From: an uncultured Gammaproteobacteria bacterium
GTDB lineage: Bacteria; Patescibacteriota; Patescibacteriia; 2-12-FULL-60-25
Length of the DNA stretch: 64,000 nucleotides
Reading direction: 5' to 3'
NCBI GenBank assembly: GCA_964415465.1
Contig: CAYQAL010000001.1
Location: 66,749 to 130,748, forward strand
The position numbers and the translations under genes were made by a program. Below the pieces are notes generated by a model, which worked only from the letters and a program-made list of their open reading frames with translations, was not told the DNA's origin and did not search any database. Shown one piece after another: positions 43,260 to 51,343 of this stretch. Position 1 is the stretch's first letter, and each line of letters opens with the position of its first letter.

Positions 43260-45911
43260 ATGCAGAACCCTCAGGAATTTCCGAAAAACTACGCCCCTCA
43301 AAGTGTTGAGGACGGCCTATACAAACGCTGGGAAGAGGCTGGGGTGTTTAACCCGGACACGTTGCCTGACCGTAACCAAACGGGCGAACCATACGCCATT
43401 ATGATGCCGCCACCGAACGTGACGGGGGTACTGCATTTGGGGCATTCGTTGGAGAACGCGCTTATGGATACGATGGTTCGCTTCCAGCGGTTGCGCGGCA
43501 AGCGGGCGATGATCGTTCCCGGAACAGATCACGCTGCGTTGCCAACGCAAGCGAAGGTCGAAAAACTCCTCATGCAGCAGGGGATGGCGAACCCACGTCA
43601 GGAGCTCGGTCGTGAAGGACTGCTTCAAAAGGTGCGTGAATTTGCAATGGGCTCTCAGGCGACTATTTTGAGTCAGGTAAAGAAAATGGGTACGAGCTGT
43701 GACTGGTCGCGCTTAGCCTTCACCTTTGATGATCCACGCAGTGAAACAGTGAACGAGATTTTTTGTCAGATGTATCGTGATGGATTGATCTATCGTGGGT
43801 ATCGGGTAGTGAACTGGTCCGTGAAAGGGCAATCGACCTGTTCTGATGATGAAGTTGTGTATGCGGAGCGTCCGTCGAAGATTTACACGTTCAAATATTC
43901 GGCCGATTTCCCAATTTCGATTGCTACGACTCGTCCAGAAACCAAGCTAGGAGATACCGCAGTGGCCGTTCATCCAAGTGATGAGCGCTATCAGCAGTAT
44001 ATTGGTCAAACCTTCACCGTTGATTTTGGGGCAAAGGAACCGCTTCAGATTAAAATTATCGCTGACGAAAACGTTGACAAGAATTTTGGAACAGGTGCGC
44101 TTGGCGTGACGCCAGCTCATAGCCCGATTGACTTCGAAATGTATGAGAAGCAGAAAGCGAAGGCGGATCCAATTGGCTTGATTCCAGTGATCGGTGCTGA
44201 CGGTCGTATGACAGAAGCGGCCGGTCTTCACTATCTTGGTCTCACGGTTGAGGAGGCGCGCGAGAAGGTGGTCATGCATCTCCGCGAGAAGGGTTTGCTC
44301 GAAAAAGAAGAAGAGATTGTCCAAAATGTCGGTACCTCCGATCGCTTTGGTGACGTGATTGAAGCGGTGCCTATGACGCAGTGGTGGCTCGACATGAACA
44401 AAGTGATTCCATCTCGCGGGAAGAGTTTGCGTGATTTGATGCGTGAAGCTGTGACGGATGGATTGGACGGAGACGCAAATGCGCGTGTCGCGATTCTGCC
44501 TGATCGCTACGAGAAACTGTACTTGGATCGTATTGAGCATCTTCGTGACTGGTGTTTGTCGCGTCAGATTTGGTGGGGTCATCGTATTCCGGTGTGGTAT
44601 CGCGGAGAAGAGATGGTGGCGTCACCTACTTCGCCGGGTGAAGGCTGGGAGCAGGATCCGGATACGCTCGATACCTGGTTCTCCTCAGCGACCTGGACGT
44701 TCTCAACGCTTGGTTGGCCGCATCAAACGAAAGATCTTGCCACCTATCATCCAACCCCTTGGATCCAGATGGGCTACGAGATTGTCTACCTCTGGATGAT
44801 GCGTATGATTTTGATGAGTACCTACGCGCTCAAGCAGATTCCATTCAAAACTGTTTATATTCACGGCATTCTTCGTGATGAACAGGGGAAGAAGTTCTCC
44901 AAGTCCGCTGGTAACAACATCGATCCACTCGAGATCATCGAGAAATATGGCTGTGATGCCTTGCGTTGGAGCGTCTTGATTGGAACGACGCCAGGCAATG
45001 ATTCACGTTTCTACGAGGAAAAAGTAGAGAGCGCTAAGAACTTGGTGAATAAGCTTTGGAATATTAGCCGTTACCTTTCGACGAACTTCTCTTCAGAGGA
45101 AGCAAATGTTGAAAATGGAAAAGAGACCTTTGCTGACCAGTGGCTGAAACTTCGTTTAGCAGAAGTTGTATCGTCTGTGACGAAGAAGATGGAGGCTTCA
45201 CAGTTCTCTTCGGCGGGGGAAGAGCTGCGCGACTTTACTTGGTCTGAACTTGCCGACTGGTATTTGGAAATTGCTAAAGTAGAGAAGGGAAAGTCGGCGA
45301 TTTTGCGTGAGACTTTGAAAACGATTCTGATTCTTTGGCACCCATTCATGCCCTTTGTGACGGAAGAAATTTGGCGCTTGGTGGGCTATGAAGGATTGTT
45401 GGCTGTGGCTGAATGGCCAACGCAGCCAGTCGTGGCCGGCGGGGAAGGAATCTTGGAGAGCTTTGCCGCTTTACAAACAATGGTCACTGATATTCGCCGT
45501 ACGCGGGCTGAACGTGGCATTGAACCAGGCAAACTGCTTGAATGTGCCGTGAAAACAACAGACCCACTACGCGCGACGATAGAAGCGAATGCCGACTGGA
45601 TGAAGCGTCTTGCAATGCTGTCTTCGCTGAACTGCGTGAACGAGCTCCCTGCTGGATGGGAAGCAGTTGGGTCGGGCATCTCAACGATCGCTCTGAATCT
45701 CGACGCGGCGATTGATCGCGCAGCTGAACGTGAAAAAGCAGAGAAAGAATTGAAAGAAGTCGAAGCGTACTTAGCGTCGCTAGAACAGAAACTAGCGAAT
45801 CAAGAGTTCGTGACCAAAGCGCCAGCTAAGGTCATTGATGATATGAAGAGGAAGCAGGCTGAAGCGTTGGGGAAGCAAGAAGTACTTCGGAAGAAGCTTG
45901 TTAAGGGGTAA
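43260..45911 (+). CDS. valS: valyl-tRNA synthetase
   Basis: HLGH and KFSKS class I motifs, editing domain, C-terminal coiled coil; 883 aa. Confidence 0.95.
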   Translation: MQNPQEFPKNYAPQSVEDGLYKRWEEAGVFNPDTLPDRNQTGEPYAIMMPPPNVTGVLHLGHSLENALMDTMVRFQRLRGKRAMIVPGTDHAALPTQAKVEKLLMQQGMANPRQELGREGLLQKVREFAMGSQATILSQVKKMGTSCDWSRLAFTFDDPRSETVNEIFCQMYRDGLIYRGYRVVNWSVKGQSTCSDDEVVYAERPSKIYTFKYSADFPISIATTRPETKLGDTAVAVHPSDERYQQYIGQTFTVDFGAKEPLQIKIIADENVDKNFGTGALGVTPAHSPIDFEMYEKQKAKADPIGLIPVIGADGRMTEAAGLHYLGLTVEEAREKVVMHLREKGLLEKEEEIVQNVGTSDRFGDVIEAVPMTQWWLDMNKVIPSRGKSLRDLMREAVTDGLDGDANARVAILPDRYEKLYLDRIEHLRDWCLSRQIWWGHRIPVWYRGEEMVASPTSPGEGWEQDPDTLDTWFSSATWTFSTLGWPHQTKDLATYHPTPWIQMGYEIVYLWMMRMILMSTYALKQIPFKTVYIHGILRDEQGKKFSKSAGNNIDPLEIIEKYGCDALRWSVLIGTTPGNDSRFYEEKVESAKNLVNKLWNISRYLSTNFSSEEANVENGKETFADQWLKLRLAEVVSSVTKKMEASQFSSAGEELRDFTWSELADWYLEIAKVEKGKSAILRETLKTILILWHPFMPFVTEEIWRLVGYEGLLAVAEWPTQPVVAGGEGILESFAALQTMVTDIRRTRAERGIEPGKLLECAVKTTDPLRATIEANADWMKRLAMLSSLNCVNELPAGWEAVGSGISTIALNLDAAIDRAAEREKAEKELKEVEAYLASLEQKLANQEFVTKAPAKVIDDMKRKQAEALGKQEVLRKKLVKG

Positions 45912-46020
45912 AGCGGTTGACAAAAACCAAGAAATAAGGCTAACTGAGCGGTTCGCTTGCGCGCAATGCAGGTGACCCGCTCTTTGGTCTAGAGGTCTAA
46001 TACGGCTTTGTTTTAGGGAA

Positions 46021-46093
46021 GGGGCTGTAGCTCAGCGGGTAGAGCAGGGAATTTAAAATTCCTAGGTCGCCGGTTCGAATCCGGTCAGTTCCA
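46021..46093 (+). tRNA. class-I tRNA with anticodon TAA (nominally Leu) and a tRNA-Ala-like G3:U70 acceptor stem; no encoded CCA
   Basis: Hand-folded: GGGGCTG/CAGTTCC acceptor, D arm GCTC-AGCGGGTA-GAGC, anticodon arm GGGAA-TTTAAAA-TTCCT, 5-nt variable loop, T arm GCCGG-TTCGAAT-CCGGT, A73. Confidence 0.7.
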
Positions 46094-46164
46094 CCGTCCG
46101 ATGTTAGTCGCGAATCCCCCTAACGCGCATTTGGACAACGCAGGGTGCTCGTGACCCTGCGTCT

Positions 46165-46236
46165 GGGGTAGTAGCTCAATGGCAGAGCGCCCGGGTTTAG
46201 CCCCGGGAGGTGAGGGTTCGAATCCCTTCTGTTCCA
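46165..46236 (+). tRNA. tRNA-like gene with a non-canonical anticodon arm (CCCGGG-TTTAGC-CCCGGG) and a G3:U70 acceptor stem; no encoded CCA
   Basis: Acceptor GGGGTAG/CTGTTCC with three wobble pairs, D arm GCTC-AATGGCA-GAGC, T arm GAGGG-TTCGAAT-CCCTT, A73. The anticodon loop can only be 6 or 8 nt. Confidence 0.55.
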
Positions 46237-46327
46237 CAAAGAAATGTCTCTTTGAGAGGCTCGATTGGTCACGCTGACCGGTCGGGCCTCTTCCTATTTT
46301 AAGCCAAAATCCGTAAGATGGGCCGGT

Positions 46328-47539
46328 ATGTCTACGCCTATTGTTGATCCCCAGAAATTGGACTGGCTGTTGAATCACGGAGTGGAAGAGATCCTTCCTT
46401 CAAAAGAGGCTTTTCGTGAAAAACTGCTCCGTGGAGAGCGTATTCGTTTGTATTACGGCATCGATCCAACGGGGCCAACCATTCATATCGGTCATTTGAT
46501 TCCACTCATGAAAGTGGCGGAACTTCAGGAACTTGGACATGAAATTATTATTCTGATTGGAGATTTTACCGGCATGATCGGCGATCCAACGGATAAAGGA
46601 GCCACACGTAAGCAATTAACGCGTGAGCAGGTCTTGGAAAATTGCCGACTGTATAAGGAACAGATTGGACACATTATTAAATTCGATGGGCCAAACGCAG
46701 CCCAGCTCCGGTTCAATAGTGATTGGCTCGCGAAACTCACGTTCGCAGAGGTCATTGAATTATCAGCCCACTTCACGGTTCAGCAAATGATTGAGCGCGA
46801 CATGTTCGAAAAGCGTATCGCGGAGGGTAAGCCAGTCCATCTACATGAATTCTTTTACCCGCTCATGCAGGGCTACGATTCCGTTGCCTTGGATGTAGAT
46901 CTGGAAGTTGGTGGAAACGACCAGACGTTCAACATGTTGGCTGGACGCACGCTGTTGCGTGAAATGAAGAGTAAAGAAAAGTTCGTGATGCGCTGTCGTT
47001 TGCTGACCGATCCAACCGGAAAAAAGATGGGAAAGTCAGAAGGGAACATGATTGCGCTTACTGATAGTCCAACGGATGCGTACGGAAAAATTATGAGCTG
47101 GACCGACGGAATGATTATTCCGGGTTTTGAGATTTTGACGAAGTTATCTCAGGCGGAGGTTGATGCACGCAAGGCGCGGATCGAAGCGGGCGAAAATCCA
47201 ATGGTCTTTAAGCGTGAATTGGCGGAACTCGTCGTTGCATGGGCGTTTAGTCCAGAAGGGGCAAGGCAAGCGGCCGAGCACTTCACACAAGTTCACCAGC
47301 AGGGAGAGCGACCAGAAGAAATGGCGGAAGTGAAGCTCGAAGAAGCCGAACTGCCTATTTTGGACCTGCTTGTTCGTGCGAATATCGTTCCGTCCAAGAG
47401 TGAAGCGCGCCGCCAAGTGGAACAGAAGGCCGTGCGTGTCGATGATGTCGTGATCGAGGATATTAATGCCACGATTGCGCTTCATGATGGGTTGGTTATT
47501 CAAAAGGGTAAGCGCTCGTTTGTGAAGATTGTAAAATAA
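46328..47539 (+). CDS. tyrS: tyrosyl-tRNA synthetase
   Basis: HIGH (TIHIGHLIP), KMSKS (KKMGKS), C-terminal S4-like domain. Start trimmed to ATG 46328. Confidence 0.95.
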   Translation: MSTPIVDPQKLDWLLNHGVEEILPSKEAFREKLLRGERIRLYYGIDPTGPTIHIGHLIPLMKVAELQELGHEIIILIGDFTGMIGDPTDKGATRKQLTREQVLENCRLYKEQIGHIIKFDGPNAAQLRFNSDWLAKLTFAEVIELSAHFTVQQMIERDMFEKRIAEGKPVHLHEFFYPLMQGYDSVALDVDLEVGGNDQTFNMLAGRTLLREMKSKEKFVMRCRLLTDPTGKKMGKSEGNMIALTDSPTDAYGKIMSWTDGMIIPGFEILTKLSQAEVDARKARIEAGENPMVFKRELAELVVAWAFSPEGARQAAEHFTQVHQQGERPEEMAEVKLEEAELPILDLLVRANIVPSKSEARRQVEQKAVRVDDVVIEDINATIALHDGLVIQKGKRSFVKIVK

Positions 47540-47540
47540 T

Positions 47541-49307
47541 ATGAGCGCGTTGTACGCCTGGAATGAGTGGTCCGCAGCACTCGCAAAGCGAATCTCGGAT
47601 CTGCTTGGAACAACAGTAGAAGCGCGAGATATTACCCGACCGCAAGATGCGAACTGGGGCGAGTTATCGTTTGCGTGTTTTAAATATGCGAAGGCGCAAG
47701 GGAAGAATCCGGCAGAGCTCGCAACCTTCATCGCCACTCAGTTGAAAGAAGGCTTGCCATGGATCGAAGAAGCGACGGCGATGGGTCCGTACGTCAACGT
47801 AAAGCTTGTGACGGCCGCAGCGGTCGAGCGAGTGATTCAAGATGTGGAGACGTACGGCAAGAACTACGGAGTGGTTCCGCCAACCGGCGAGAAGCCGATC
47901 GTGTTTGAATACGCAAACCCAAATACGCACAAAGAAGTACACATTGGACACTTGCGTAACTTTACGTTGGGCGCGGCTGTGCAACGTGTCATGAAAGCGG
48001 CTGGTAGCTCCGTCATTCCCGTGAGTTATGTCAATGATGTTGGAACCAACGTTGGAAAGTGTTTGTGGCAGCTCGTGCGAACGCAGGGCTATGTCGTGAA
48101 GGAGTTGAATGAAGCGCAGGCAGAAGCGGTGCTTCAAGCTGTTCCAGAAGACAAGCGGACGGGAAAATACCTTGGCCAGATTTACACGGAAGCAACCGCG
48201 CTAGCAGAAGATGAAGCGAATACACCCGAAATTTCGTACGTGCAGACCCAGCTTGAGGCACATCATCCAGCGTGGGAGCGACTGTGGCGCGTGACGCGCG
48301 ACTGGTGTATTGACGAGCTTCATCGCATTTTTGCTGATCTTGGCGTTCAGATCGAGCGTCAATATTTGGAATCAACCTACCTCGATGAAAGCAGCCGGTT
48401 GGTGGATGAACTCTTGAAAACAGGGGTTGCCAAGGAGAGTCAGGGCGCTGTCATCGTCGACATGGAAGACAAGAAGCTAGGCGTGCTCGTGATGCGCAAG
48501 AGTGATGGAACGCTGCTGTACGCTGGAAAAGACTTAGCGCTGATGGATCAAAAGCTTCGAGACTACCCAGAAGCGAGTGCACTCGAAATGGTCGTTGATA
48601 TTCGTCAGGTACCATATTTCCGTCAGTTGAATGAGGTCATGCAGCGTCGTGGGTTCCCCGTTCCGATTGAGTCGTTTGGCTACGAGCTTGTGCGTTTGCC
48701 AGAAGGGGCCATGAGTAGTCGTAAAGGAACGATCGTGACGTATCAGGGGTTGCGTGATGCTGTGTACGCGTATGCGGAAGAAGGGGTGCGTACGCGCCAT
48801 GCGGATTGGACGACGGAACAGGTTCAGCAAACGGCTGACCATTTGGCCAAAGCGGGGTTGATCTTCGGTATGTTGAAGCAAGACAACGACAAGACGATCG
48901 TCTTCGATATGAAGGAGGCGCTGTCGTTTGATGGAGCAACGGGTCCGTACTGTCAGTACGCGATTGTGCGCCTGTCTTCGATTTTGCGGAAGGCGGCGAC
49001 GAAGGGCCTTCAGCCTTCGACAACAACATCAGCGGCTTTCAGTCATCCCTCAGAGAAAGCGCTCGCGTTGGCATTGGCTGCTTTCCCTTCGCTGATTCAA
49101 TTAGCTGGACGGGACCAGCGTCCGTCGGTGATCGCGCAATGGTGTGTTGAGACAGCGCAGCTTGTGAACGCCTTCTACCGCGATGTTCCGGTCTTGGATG
49201 CGACGCAGGGAGAGGCGGAAGCGCGTCTTCGCTTCGCTCAAACGGCAAAACAGGTGCTCATGCAGGGTCTTGCGCTTCTTGGCATCCCGACCCCAGAAGA
49301 AATGTAA
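47541..49307 (+). CDS. argS: arginyl-tRNA synthetase
   Basis: HIGH-type KEVHIGHLRN, DALR anticodon-binding C-terminus ending in M; 588 aa. Confidence 0.95.
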   Translation: MSALYAWNEWSAALAKRISDLLGTTVEARDITRPQDANWGELSFACFKYAKAQGKNPAELATFIATQLKEGLPWIEEATAMGPYVNVKLVTAAAVERVIQDVETYGKNYGVVPPTGEKPIVFEYANPNTHKEVHIGHLRNFTLGAAVQRVMKAAGSSVIPVSYVNDVGTNVGKCLWQLVRTQGYVVKELNEAQAEAVLQAVPEDKRTGKYLGQIYTEATALAEDEANTPEISYVQTQLEAHHPAWERLWRVTRDWCIDELHRIFADLGVQIERQYLESTYLDESSRLVDELLKTGVAKESQGAVIVDMEDKKLGVLVMRKSDGTLLYAGKDLALMDQKLRDYPEASALEMVVDIRQVPYFRQLNEVMQRRGFPVPIESFGYELVRLPEGAMSSRKGTIVTYQGLRDAVYAYAEEGVRTRHADWTTEQVQQTADHLAKAGLIFGMLKQDNDKTIVFDMKEALSFDGATGPYCQYAIVRLSSILRKAATKGLQPSTTTSAAFSHPSEKALALALAAFPSLIQLAGRDQRPSVIAQWCVETAQLVNAFYRDVPVLDATQGEAEARLRFAQTAKQVLMQGLALLGIPTPEEM

Positions 49308-49330
49308 GGAAAAAGCAATCCCTCTGTGTA

Positions 49331-49355
49331 AAACTCGGCTTCGCGGCCGAGTTTT
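49331..49355 (+). terminator. intrinsic terminator after argS
   Basis: AAACTCGGC-TTCGCG-GCCGAGTTTT. Confidence 0.65.
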
Positions 49356-49358
49356 ATA

Positions 49359-49367
49359 TGGTATCAT
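49359..49367 (+). promoter_or_regulatory. extended -10 TGGTATCAT upstream of the bactofilin gene
   Basis: TGn plus TATCAT, followed by CGGCAC. Confidence 0.35.
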
Positions 49368-49400
49368 CGGCACAATAAAGAACTTTGACCTGATCTGACT

Positions 49401-49838
49401 ATGTTTGGCACGAAACCGAATGACGGAGGAGTCTTCACGGTGGGAAAAAGTGATGGGGATCATTTGTCGGCCACGCTCATTGCTCGCGGTGTTCGGGTTG
49501 AAGGAGAATTTACGAGCCAAGGCGATGTCGCGATCGAAGGAGAGGTCTCCGGTACATTGAGTTGTTCCGGGGCGCTGACGGTTGGCGTCGAGGCAAAAAT
49601 TAAAGCAGATATCAAGGCGAACGACGTGGTGATTGCGGGAATCGTTGAGGGAAATATCACAGCCGCGCGTCGACTGGAGCTGAAATCAGGTGCACGCATT
49701 ACGGGTGATGTGACGTGTGAGGTGATCGTGGTGGAAGGCGGTGCATCCTTAAATGGAAAAGTTTCTTCTGGAAAGCGGTTAGTGGAAGTGCAGTCGCCGA
49801 ACAGTAAGCGCCCAGAACGCGCTTCAGCGACTGCCTAA
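49401..49838 (+). CDS. bactofilin-family cytoskeletal protein
   Basis: Repetitive beta-helix pattern (I.G.V.G.I...) typical of DUF583 bactofilins. Confidence 0.85.
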   Translation: MFGTKPNDGGVFTVGKSDGDHLSATLIARGVRVEGEFTSQGDVAIEGEVSGTLSCSGALTVGVEAKIKADIKANDVVIAGIVEGNITAARRLELKSGARITGDVTCEVIVVEGGASLNGKVSSGKRLVEVQSPNSKRPERASATA

Positions 49839-49853
49839 GGCGAGCGCCGAGGT

Positions 49854-50642
49854 ATGAACCCGGCGTACTCCTACGTCTACGATGAAACAGCCGCGTTGCC
49901 ACGCTACGCAACGGAGCTGGGTCGTATTGAAACGGAAGCGAGTCGTTGCGGGATTAATGGACGCATTGCGCGCTTAGGGGTCTTTCGCCAACCAAAAAAA
50001 GTCATCGAAGAGGCCGTAAACTATGGGGCGAAAACAATTGTGTTCGTTGGGACAGATCAAGCAGTCTATCACCATTTGGGCGCGTTGATTGAGTTGGACG
50101 TGACGATCGCTTTTTTGCCACTCGAAGCGAATAGCGGCCTTGGTTGGGCGCTCGGCGTTCCGACCGGGGCGAAGGGTGTTGAGATCATCGCTGGTCGACT
50201 GACAGAGACGATCGATGTCGGCTACTTGCAGGGCCAGCCTTTTTTAACAGAGATTTCGTTGCCGAACACGCCGGCAGCCATCGAAGTTGATAAAAAATAC
50301 CGAGTGAGCCCAGCGCAGCGCGGGTCGATTGCGATTCGGAATATTGGATCGCTCTACTGTTCCTCAAAAACGATTGCTGTGCCGACGGACGGCGTTCTTG
50401 AAGTCGTCCTTCAATCCGAGATGAAGAAGCAGGGGATTCGCAACTTTTTTCGCTCGGAGCTCGTTGAAACCAAGCTTTTACTCAAAGAGGGAACGGTGGT
50501 CTGCAAAGACGGCGTGCATGGGTTTGTAGATGGGACAGGGAATTTGTCAGGGACGAGCCTCCATTTTTCAATAAAACCAAAAGCAGCACGCATTATTATT
50601 GGCCGTAACTGTCAGTGGCGAAAGAATACAGAGGAGCGTTGA
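49854..50642 (+). CDS. DAGK/YegS-like kinase-fold protein with a degenerate GGDGT motif
   Basis: Layout resembles a diacylglycerol kinase catalytic domain, but VGTDQAV replaces GGDGT. Weak call. Confidence 0.45.
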   Translation: MNPAYSYVYDETAALPRYATELGRIETEASRCGINGRIARLGVFRQPKKVIEEAVNYGAKTIVFVGTDQAVYHHLGALIELDVTIAFLPLEANSGLGWALGVPTGAKGVEIIAGRLTETIDVGYLQGQPFLTEISLPNTPAAIEVDKKYRVSPAQRGSIAIRNIGSLYCSSKTIAVPTDGVLEVVLQSEMKKQGIRNFFRSELVETKLLLKEGTVVCKDGVHGFVDGTGNLSGTSLHFSIKPKAARIIIGRNCQWRKNTEER

Positions 50643-50719
50643 CGGTTGGTGTCAAATCTTGCCTAATACCCCTGTTCCAAGCCGCTGGGGTTTTGGGATC
50701 TCTGGAGGTAATACCGCCG

Positions 50720-51034
50720 ATGCCGTCGAAACTCGCCTTGTGCGCCTTCGTGCTTTGCTGCGATCACGAGCTGCCCCGACAGGCGCTGCTCACTGATCAC
50801 GGCCTGTCCATTCAGCCGCCGACTCGACGATCGTCGGGTTCGGATCCGCTTCGTCCACCGTTCGAACGAGTGACGATGCGCTGCTGGGCTGTCTGCTCGC
50901 ACAGTGGATCGTGTGGATGCGGCTGCCGTGTGCCGATCTTCGGTCACGGTCGCCACCCTGATCAGTACCAGCCGGCGCGCGACCCGCGCTTCCTGCCGCG
51001 GATCATCGTCGCTCCCCACCGCCTCGCTGCCTGA
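50720..51034 (+). CDS. 104-aa Cys/Pro/Arg-rich ORF (coding status uncertain)
   Basis: GGAGG 11 nt upstream of the ATG and a 12-bp hairpin downstream. GC3 about 72% by hand count, only marginally better than an antisense frame. Confidence 0.3.
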   Translation: MPSKLALCAFVLCCDHELPRQALLTDHGLSIQPPTRRSSGSDPLRPPFERVTMRCWAVCSHSGSCGCGCRVPIFGHGRHPDQYQPARDPRFLPRIIVAPHRLAA

Positions 51035-51071
51035 TCACGGTGGTGCGAGGCGTTCTACGCCCGCACCCGAC

Positions 51072-51109
51072 GTGCTCGCCCCCTCGGCAGCCCACTCGGG
51101 GGCGGGCAC
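51072..51109 (+). terminator. GC-rich hairpin at the end of island 3
   Basis: GTGCTCGCCCCC-14 nt-GGGGGCGGGCAC: 12 bp including one G:U pair, followed by TTCGTT. Confidence 0.45.
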
Positions 51110-51113
51110 TTCG

Positions 51114-51150
51114 TTGACCATTTTGAATACATCCGATAGGATACGGCCAC
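51114..51150 (+). promoter_or_regulatory. tRNA-Leu promoter: TTGACC-17-TAGGAT followed by ACGGCCAC
   Basis: The 14-nt TAGGATACGGCCAC is identical to the one upstream of the initiator tRNA at 58639-58652. Confidence 0.5.
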
Positions 51151-51164
51151 ATCGAAAGATTTTT

Positions 51165-51251
51165 GGGCAAGTGGCGAAATTGGCAGACGCACTACCTTGA
51201 GGTGGTAGCACCCGCAAGGGTATGAGAGTTCAAGTCTCTCCTTGCCCACCA
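51165..51251 (+). tRNA. tRNA-Leu (anticodon GAG), class II
   Basis: Acceptor GGGCAAG/CTTGCCC, anticodon arm CTACC-TTGAGGT-GGTAG, long variable arm, T-loop TTCAAGT, A73, encoded CCA. Confidence 0.9.
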
Positions 51252-51253
51252 TG

Positions 51254-51298
51254 AAAACATTCCCTATACCGCGCGGTACTGGGGATGTTTTCTTTTTT
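51254..51298 (+). terminator. intrinsic terminator after tRNA-Leu
   Basis: AAAACATTCCC...GGGGATGTTTT stem followed by a T-run. Confidence 0.65.
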
Positions 51299-51328
51299 GG
51301 CTCTCTTTACGCTCTGATTCACCCTCGT

Positions 51329-51334
51329 TATAGT
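51329..51334 (+). promoter_or_regulatory. -10-like TATAGT 9 nt upstream of the asnS ATG
   Basis: TTTACG-17-TATAGT-gccagaact-ATG; no SD. Confidence 0.35.
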
Positions 51335-51343
51335 GCCAGAACT

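Larger units (their letters stand above)
50700..51110. other. high-GC island 3 (~0.4 kb)
   Basis: GC-rich block between the stop of the upstream gene and the -35 element of the tRNA-Leu promoter. Confidence 0.55.

Noticed and set aside
46021-46236. The G3:U70 tRNA-like genes as pieces of a tmRNA, or as a T-box leader for tyrS.
   Set aside because: Both fold as complete cloverleafs with D arms and anticodon arms. There is no tag reading frame or pseudoknot region, no T-box specifier or antiterminator sequence, and a terminator-like hairpin separates them from tyrS.
51242-51343. ORF-track starts that run through tRNA genes: asnS at 51242, the antiporter at 59724, tyrS at 46265, and the 60-aa ORF at 51035..51217.
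   Set aside because: The N-terminal extensions overlap tRNAs, promoters or terminators. The conserved protein starts at a downstream ATG in each case.
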